Below are positions 57,802 through 64,000 of a stretch of DNA of 64,000 nt, piece by piece. The number at the start of each line of letters is the position of its first letter. Position 1 is the first letter of the stretch. Below the pieces are notes generated by a model, which searched no databases, was not told the origin of the DNA, and saw nothing but the letters and a program-made list of their open reading frames with translations. A program made the translations under genes and the position numbers. This stretch comes from Calcarisporiella thermophila CBS 279.70 (Eukaryota > Fungi > Calcarisporiellomycota), in the NCBI RefSeq assembly GCF_041956535.1, contig NW_027192191.1, positions 7,702-71,701 on the forward strand, written 5' to 3'.

Positions 57802-58187
57802 CCGGCGATGGCCTGGACGCTGCTCTGGAAAATAAACTCCAGTCCCGAGTAGCTAAAATTGGATCGATCTATTCTCGGCAGCCTGCGGCCCTCAACCCAT
57901 TTGGGTTAGGCGTTTTCAGAGCGGGCAGAGGAGGAAGTCAACCTAAGCAAATCAAGCTTGTCCGGCTCGAGGCTGACTAAACCTGTGCAGGAGGCATCCG
58001 AGGGCCGTCAAGCACGAGGAGAAGCGGCTCGATCTTTGTCAGGGTCAGACTGGGCCGTGTGCGCATCAGCTTCGCAGCCGGCTTGGTCGGCCTGAACTGC
58101 ATCCGCGCACCCTGCGGCCCAGCCCTACTGCGTGCTAGGAAGCATCGCAGAGCGACTAGGTTAGGGCTTTGTGCCTGGCAGATTTTT
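57802..58187 (+). ncRNA. Candidate structured non-coding RNA (~380 nt), identity unknown
   Basis: GC-rich intergenic block with nested stems (57810-57821/58151-58162, 57845-57852/57869-57878, 57886-57893/58000-58007, 58050-58057/58115-58122, 58059-58064/58105-58110, hairpin 58128-58150). G-U pairs favour the + strand, and the block ends at TTTTT 58183-58187. Confidence 0.45.
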
Positions 58188-58398
58188 AAATTAAGCTTGT
58201 CTCAATACCTGAAACGACGCGTGAGCATCGGCTTATTTGGCAAAACGAGTGTTACAATATAAGCCAAATAAAATATAAATTAGTTGATCCAGTTTCACAG
58301 TTCCTCTCAGGACACTTGATCGTCCAATTCTCCATCCATCCCATTGGATTTTCTCTCCCTTTCCCAATCTTCTTGCAATCTCACCAAGCCGCTGCATC

Positions 58399-60394
58399 AT
58401 GTCTACTGCCGACGCGGAACAGCTCTTCGAAGTGCCCGCGCGCCTCCTCGATCGCACACAATGCCCAACCCCACACGTCGATTCGATTGAGAAGTACAGC
58501 CAACTTTATCGCGAGAGTCTTGAGAAACCAGAGCAGTTCTGGTCCAGGGTAAATACACTTTAATATGCGTGAAAGGAGAAGAAGCATATAATCGACCCCG
58601 TCATTTTCTATTTTCCTCTCCGCCTCCCCACGCTAGATGGCTACCGAAATATTGACGTGGAGCAAGCCTTTCAAGACGATCGTGTCAGGAGGCTTTGACC
58701 ATGGGGATGTCGCGTGGTTTCAGGAGGGGGAACTGAATGTCGCCTACAACTGTGTTGATAGGCATGCTATTGCCCACCCCAATAAGGTATTTTTTCAAGC
58801 AACATCCCTGAGTCCACTGCAACCATTTAATGTAACTGTTGCCTTGCAATAAACATTGTTAATCGAGCAGATCGCCATCATTCATGAAGCAGACGAGACA
58901 GAGAAGTCGCGCCTTGTGACTTATAGCGAACTTTTCCGCGAAGTATGTCGCGTTGCAAACCTGCTCAAATCGCTCGGCCTGAAGAAGGGCGATACCGTTG
59001 CTATCTATATGCCGATGATCCCCGAGGCAGTCTTTGCGTTCCTTGCGTGCGCTCGCATTGGCCTGGTCCACTCCGTCGTGTTTGCCGGGTTTTCGGCCGA
59101 GTCTCTGCGGGAACGTGTTGTCGACGCCGGCTCCAGGGTCATCATCACGGCGGATCAAGGGCTGCGCGGCGGCAAGGTCATCCACACGAAGCAAATCGTG
59201 GATGAGGCATTGAGGGGGCTGGACTGCGTGGACCATGTGATCGTGTTCAAGCACACAAAAGCAGAGTCGGTCCCCTTCACCCCGGGCCGGGATTTGTGGT
59301 GGCATGAGGAGGTCAAAAAGCATCGCCCCCAGTGTCCGCCCGTCCCCATGCAGGCGGAGGACCCGCTGTATCTGCTCTACACCAGCGGATCCACCGGGAA
59401 GCCCAAAGGCGTCCTGCACACCACGGCGGGCTATCTCCTTGGCGCCGCCATGACCACAAAATACGTGTTCGACTATCACGACGGCGACATCCACGGCTGC
59501 ATGGCCGATATCGGGTGGGTCACCGGCCATTCCTACATCGTCTACGGGCCGCTGTGCTTGGGCGCCACCACGGTACTGTTCGAATCGGTCCCGACCTACC
59601 CCGATGCGTCCCGATACTGGTCGGTGGTGGACAAATATCGCATCACTCAACTCTACCTCGCGCCCACGGCAATCCGTGCCCTGCGGCGGCTGGGCGACAC
59701 CTGGGTCGACAAGCACGATCTCTCCTCCCTGCGCGTCATCGGAACCGTGGGAGAGCCCATCAATCCCGAGGCATGGTTGTGGTACTACCACCATGTGGGC
59801 CGTGGCAGGTGCACCGTGGTCGACACCTATTGGCAAACCGAGACGGGCTCCATCGTGATCACGCCGCTGCCAGGCTGTACCCGGATGAAGCCCGGCTCGG
59901 CCACACTCCCCTTCTTTGGGATCGAGCCCGTGATCCTCGACCCCCATACTGGCCACGAGCTCACCGACCAATGCGCTACGGGCGTGCTGTGCATCAGGCG
60001 GCCCTGGCCGTCGATGGCCCGTACCGTGTACAATGACCACGAGCGCTACCTGAAGACCTACCTGCACGTTTACCCGGGCTACTACTTCTCGGGAGACGGC
60101 GCGTCCCGTGATGAGGATGGCTACTACTGGATCCGCGGTAGAGTGGACGACGTCATTAATGTGGCCGGGCATCGCCTCTCCACGGCCGAGGTCGAGTCTG
60201 CGCTTATTCTTCATCCCGTCGTTGCTGAGGCCGCTGTGGTGGGAGCTCCCGACGACGTCACGGGCCAATCGATCCAGTGTTTTGTGACGTTGAAGAAGGA
60301 GCCTTACGCGGACGTGGACAAAGAGTTGGTTGCTCAGGTGCGCAAGTCGATTGGGCCCATTGCCACCCCCAAGCGCATTTTCATCGTAAACGAC

Positions 60395-60429
<35 letters not shown>

Positions 60430-60541
60430 CATTCTCCGTAAAATCACCGCGGGCGAGGGAGATCAGTTGGGCGACGTGTCAACCCTGGCTGACCCGCAGG
60501 TTGTAGAGCACATTAAGCAAACCGTCCTTACTAAGAAGTAG
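58399..60541 (+). CDS. ACS: Acetyl-CoA synthetase (AMP-forming), 3 exons
   Basis: [70 protein letters not shown] and [12 protein letters not shown]. Confidence 0.96.
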
Positions 60542-60807
60542 GCTGCGTACTGTGTATCTTATTCATACCACTGCAAGCGGGTGGGCACGCGGCCTCCTCT
60601 CTAGTTAAAAATGTGTATGTTTTGCTTTCTATATTCCATAATACGAGGTATAAGTTTTCACGACGCCCACTTTCTATGTGCCCCCTTTCCATAAGAGAAT
60701 CTTGGGGGCTATATCCGTCGAGCTGGCTCTCGATTTTACATTTTGGGCTCTGAATATTTTCAATTTCATAGAGTCAAAAGGGAGTCTCCATTTAGCAAGT
60801 TCATTAG

Positions 60808-63213
60808 ATGACCCATGCTCTTTCGGAAAAGGCGTGTGCCACACTCATTACAAAGCTCCAGCTCCTCCAGCTAGTCCCCGAGCTTATTCCAACGCTGGAC
60901 AGGACTGGATTCTTAACTGCATCCAAGCTCGACCTTGAGATTCTCGAAATAGTTCAAAATCAAAGTGATTATTTTGTTTCATTGCCCTCCCCCCCCTTTT
61001 ATTTGTTGAAGAGTCTTAATGTATGTTCAATGCTATATTTTATAATCGCAGAGCGGATTAATTTGCATGATTTACCATCACTGCTGAACATCGAGCTCGC
61101 TTGTATCGAAAAGCGCATCAAAGAACTTGCCTTGCCGAACAGGTGGCGACTGATTCGCGGAGACTTAATTACCAGGTAGGCTGCCGGTGTTTTTCATGAA
61201 AGATGTCGCTTCGCTTTTGCATTGGCCATCTCAACGTGATTGCTAAATAGCGAATACTTCGATGGCTTGATATCGGCTCTGAATGCTCAGCTCCTTGAAT
61301 CTGGATTTGTGTTTGTTCGAGATATATGTCTTGTGCACCATCTTCCCGTCGATATCGTGCTCTCAATACTGGAGGAGCGCGGAAATGAGATAGATGGACA
61401 ACTGGAGGAAAAAGAGGTAGTATGCACGAATGAGTACTTGGCACGAAGGATGGATACTTTACGGGAGACGGTGGGCGCGTTGAAAAAGTACATATCTCCA
61501 CATCCATCTAGACATAGCTCAGCTTTGCTAAGATAGGAGCCACTTTTATCCCTCTTTAGGCCTACACTTCTCGCATCAATGCATCTGGATCCTCCCGTCC
61601 CAACACGCTCCCTCCAACAGATGGTTGAGTCGCTCTTAAAAAAAGGAGAGATACAGGGAGCTTTGAAGCGGCGCAAGGACGGTATCCTGTATACCCCCTC
61701 CTTCTACATCGAGTCACAGATGGCTACCATTGGCGAAATGCTTGCGCAGAACGGATATGTGGACAAAGCGAATCTGAGCTTGCAAGGAGCCGATATGAAA
61801 TTTCTCCAAGAGCATTTCCCTGAGGTGGTCTTGGTCGGCGAGTGTGGGGTAAGCGCAAAGTTTTTGACGCAAGTGGAAGGGCTGATAGAGGCGGAGATGG
61901 AAAGTGGCTCCTACATTGACCTACTGGTAAAGATTTTAAACGATCTTCGACAACTGATGAGGCCAAATGGCTGACATTATTTTTGAGCACATAGAGCGTT
62001 GTTCCTCCAGTCATTCCAGAGAGCGAGATCCCCGCCCTTCTCTCGCACATCCCCTCGCTAGCTCGCCATGGTGAAGTACTCGGCACCTTTGTAGTATCGC
62101 AATCCATGCTTCGTGATTGTGTGCAGAGGCTGCGACCATTCCTCGAGCGCACGGTGATACATTCCAAAAGTGGCAGACGGTCAAAAGAGAAGGCGGTGGT
62201 AGAGGAGGATGGAATAGAACTGCGGGAGAGCGATGTCGCAAGAGAGCTGCAAGTAGCCCTAGGCGACTCCGTCGAAGCCAAAGTGTGCTCCTTAATAGCA
62301 AAACGGATCATGGGACAGCTGAGAAAAGAGTACTCGGCCTTGTCCCAATCCGTATTCATCTCCTCTACGGTGCCGTCGGAGGAGAAGGAGGCTAATGAGC
62401 AAAATAAGCAGAGCGAGATGAACGATGTCATCAATAGAGCCTACCATACCTTTCTACTCTGTACCCGAGCTCTCAGCCTATTTGGTAAAGTTGATCTACC
62501 CCTACCCGTTGCCAATTTGCTCAACCCTATCGCCCCCTTTAGACAATACCACGCGCACAAACCTTGAGAAACATTTATTGCGGACGCGAGCGAGCGAGCT
62601 AACGGATATCGTTTCTGCTCAGCAAAAACGATGGCATGGCGCAGAGGGTACCAAGGGAACGGATACGCTTCCACGATTGCCTCATGCCTGTCGAGATCGG
62701 ATTCTCAAGCTCGCGGACGTCGCCTCGAATGGAAAGGCAAGTTTCACAGTAGCATCATTTCGCCCCTCTTCGCCTCAACTTGAATGGATCTTCTCCTAGA
62801 TGGCCGCCGACTTCCTGAGCTATTTCGAAGAAGCATGCTCCCACTTCGAGGGGGTTCAACTCCGCCCGCTCGATGATGGTATTGAGCATGCCATTCTCTC
62901 TGACTACCACGCCTCATTACATTCACAGCTTCGAAACTCCACCTCTCCTGCTCTCACTCTCCACTTAACGCTTCTGCTCCTGTGCCAGACAGCGCTTCCG
63001 CACCACGGAATAGTGCACGCCTCGGGCAAGTTTGTTCCCAAACTTGTGCAGCGTATCCAACAGGAGAAGGGATTGCGGGAAGAGGACATTGCTGCTTGCG
63101 CTCAACTCCAGGCAATGATACTGGAGAGCGTCCGCAGCGGGGTTGAAAGGATAGACGAGCTCCTTGTTAAAAGGGTGAAGGAGATTGGCTTGAATTTAAC
63201 GCATTCCAAATAA
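60808..63213 (+). CDS. UFL1: E3 UFM1-protein ligase 1-like protein, multi-exon
   Basis: N-terminal LSEKACATLITKL..LIPTLDRTGFLT..L..EI..RINLHDLPSLLNIE..LIRGDLIT.EYFD..LLESG, central YTPSFY...QNGYV, and C-terminal ALTLHL..L....HASGKFVPKLV. All parallel UFL1 as recalled. Confidence 0.75.
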
Positions 63214-63500
63214 ACAAGAGACCGATCCCGTTGCTTTCCATCTGGTTTGCAGGGGCGTTTAATAGAGATTAAAAAGATTTCTTTGGCAAAGTATTAGCGT
63301 CGCCTAGCGTTTGTAGCCTCTTTTTATTCCATTGTTCCATGGGCAATGGGGCATTCTTGATTCGGGGCATAGGAACATGCTCTATCTAAGTTTGCATGAA
63401 ATTCACGGGATAATCCAATTTTATTTTTTGGCTTTATTAATTAAGCGACTATCAGAGTTGAGATGGAAACCATGACGTTGGAAACTATGGAATGCTGTTT

Positions 63501-64000
63501 TTAAAGATGCTTCTTGAAGAAATCAACCGTACGCTGGAATGCAATCTTCGAGGCCTCCTCGTTGTAAACCTGGGGGCGTGTCTTGTTCATGAACGCGTGG
63601 CTATGAATTGTGTCGGATGAGGTTACATGGTATTGGAAGGATAGGACACGAATGGCTTACCCGGTGCCCTCATAATAATGGAACTCGGTGGGGTGGTCCT
63701 TCAGGCTCTCCTGCAACTTCTTTGCCGTCTTGAGGTCGGAGAATCCCACATAGGTGTCGTTGACGCCAAAGTGGAACTGCACAGGGACGCGGGGCTTTGT
63801 CACGTCGACAATGCTCGAAGGGGGGATGCCATAGAACACGCTGGCGGCGGCCACTTCTGGGACTCGCACCGCCGAGGCAAGGGACATGGCCCCTCCCATG
63901 CAGAAGCCCGTGACACCGACACTTTTGACCCCCTTGGATTTGAGGTGGCGAGCAGCGGCGCCAACCTATTGAATGGACACAATGCGCATCCAAATGCAAT
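63501..64000 (-). CDS. Dienelactone hydrolase family protein (3' part; continues beyond the window)
   Basis: Nucleophile elbow VGVTGFCMGG, FYGIPP, PVQFHFGVND, and YEGTG-HAFMN across an intron. Stop TAA at 63501-63503. Confidence 0.88.

Noticed and set aside
58159-58166. GGTTAGGG, i.e. CCCUAACC on the minus strand, as a telomerase RNA template
   Set aside because: G-U pairing favours a + strand RNA, and no convincing pseudoknot was found on the minus strand. Kept only as an alternative under the ncRNA finding.
58859-60268. 469-aa antisense ORF and other long overlapping ORFs within ACS and XDH
   Set aside because: These are shadows of GC-rich, codon-biased sense genes and contain no recognisable motifs.

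Overview
Eukaryotic, intron-containing DNA (short GT-AG introns of about 55-140 nt) from a fungus. The gene set (UFL1, a LARP4-type La protein, BORCS8, xanthine dehydrogenase, fungal trehalose phosphorylase) suggests an early-diverging lineage (Mucoromycota/Zoopagomycota-like; inference). The left ~26 kb is AT-rich and accessory-looking. It holds an intronless ATP-grasp/methyltransferase fusion, a secreted heme peroxidase, a decayed fungal transcription factor, a small Kex2-processed Cys-rich protein, trehalose phosphorylase, three tandem paralogous 8-Cys single-pass receptor-like proteins, a GPI-anchored zincin with HQxxH in place of HExxH, and an intronless bacterial-type CspA-like subtilase. 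The right ~38 kb is gene-dense housekeeping DNA: SLC35F transporter, G-protein gamma, GH3, ERF2, RPL5, LARP, an allantoicase-ureidoglycolate lyase fusion, CBP4, I78 inhibitor, XDH, RRP3, ACS, UFL1 and a dienelactone hydrolase. Several spliced genes missed or fragmented by the ORF track were assembled by hand. Best candidates for something undescribed: the 8-Cys receptor triplet with a repeated cytoplasmic KP-x-[DE] motif, a ~380-nt highly base-paired candidate ncRNA between RRP3 and ACS, a 72-aa stand-alone PP1-docking microprotein, the ATP-grasp-methyltransferase fusion and the CspA-like subtilase. All calls come from reading motifs by eye; no database searches were run.
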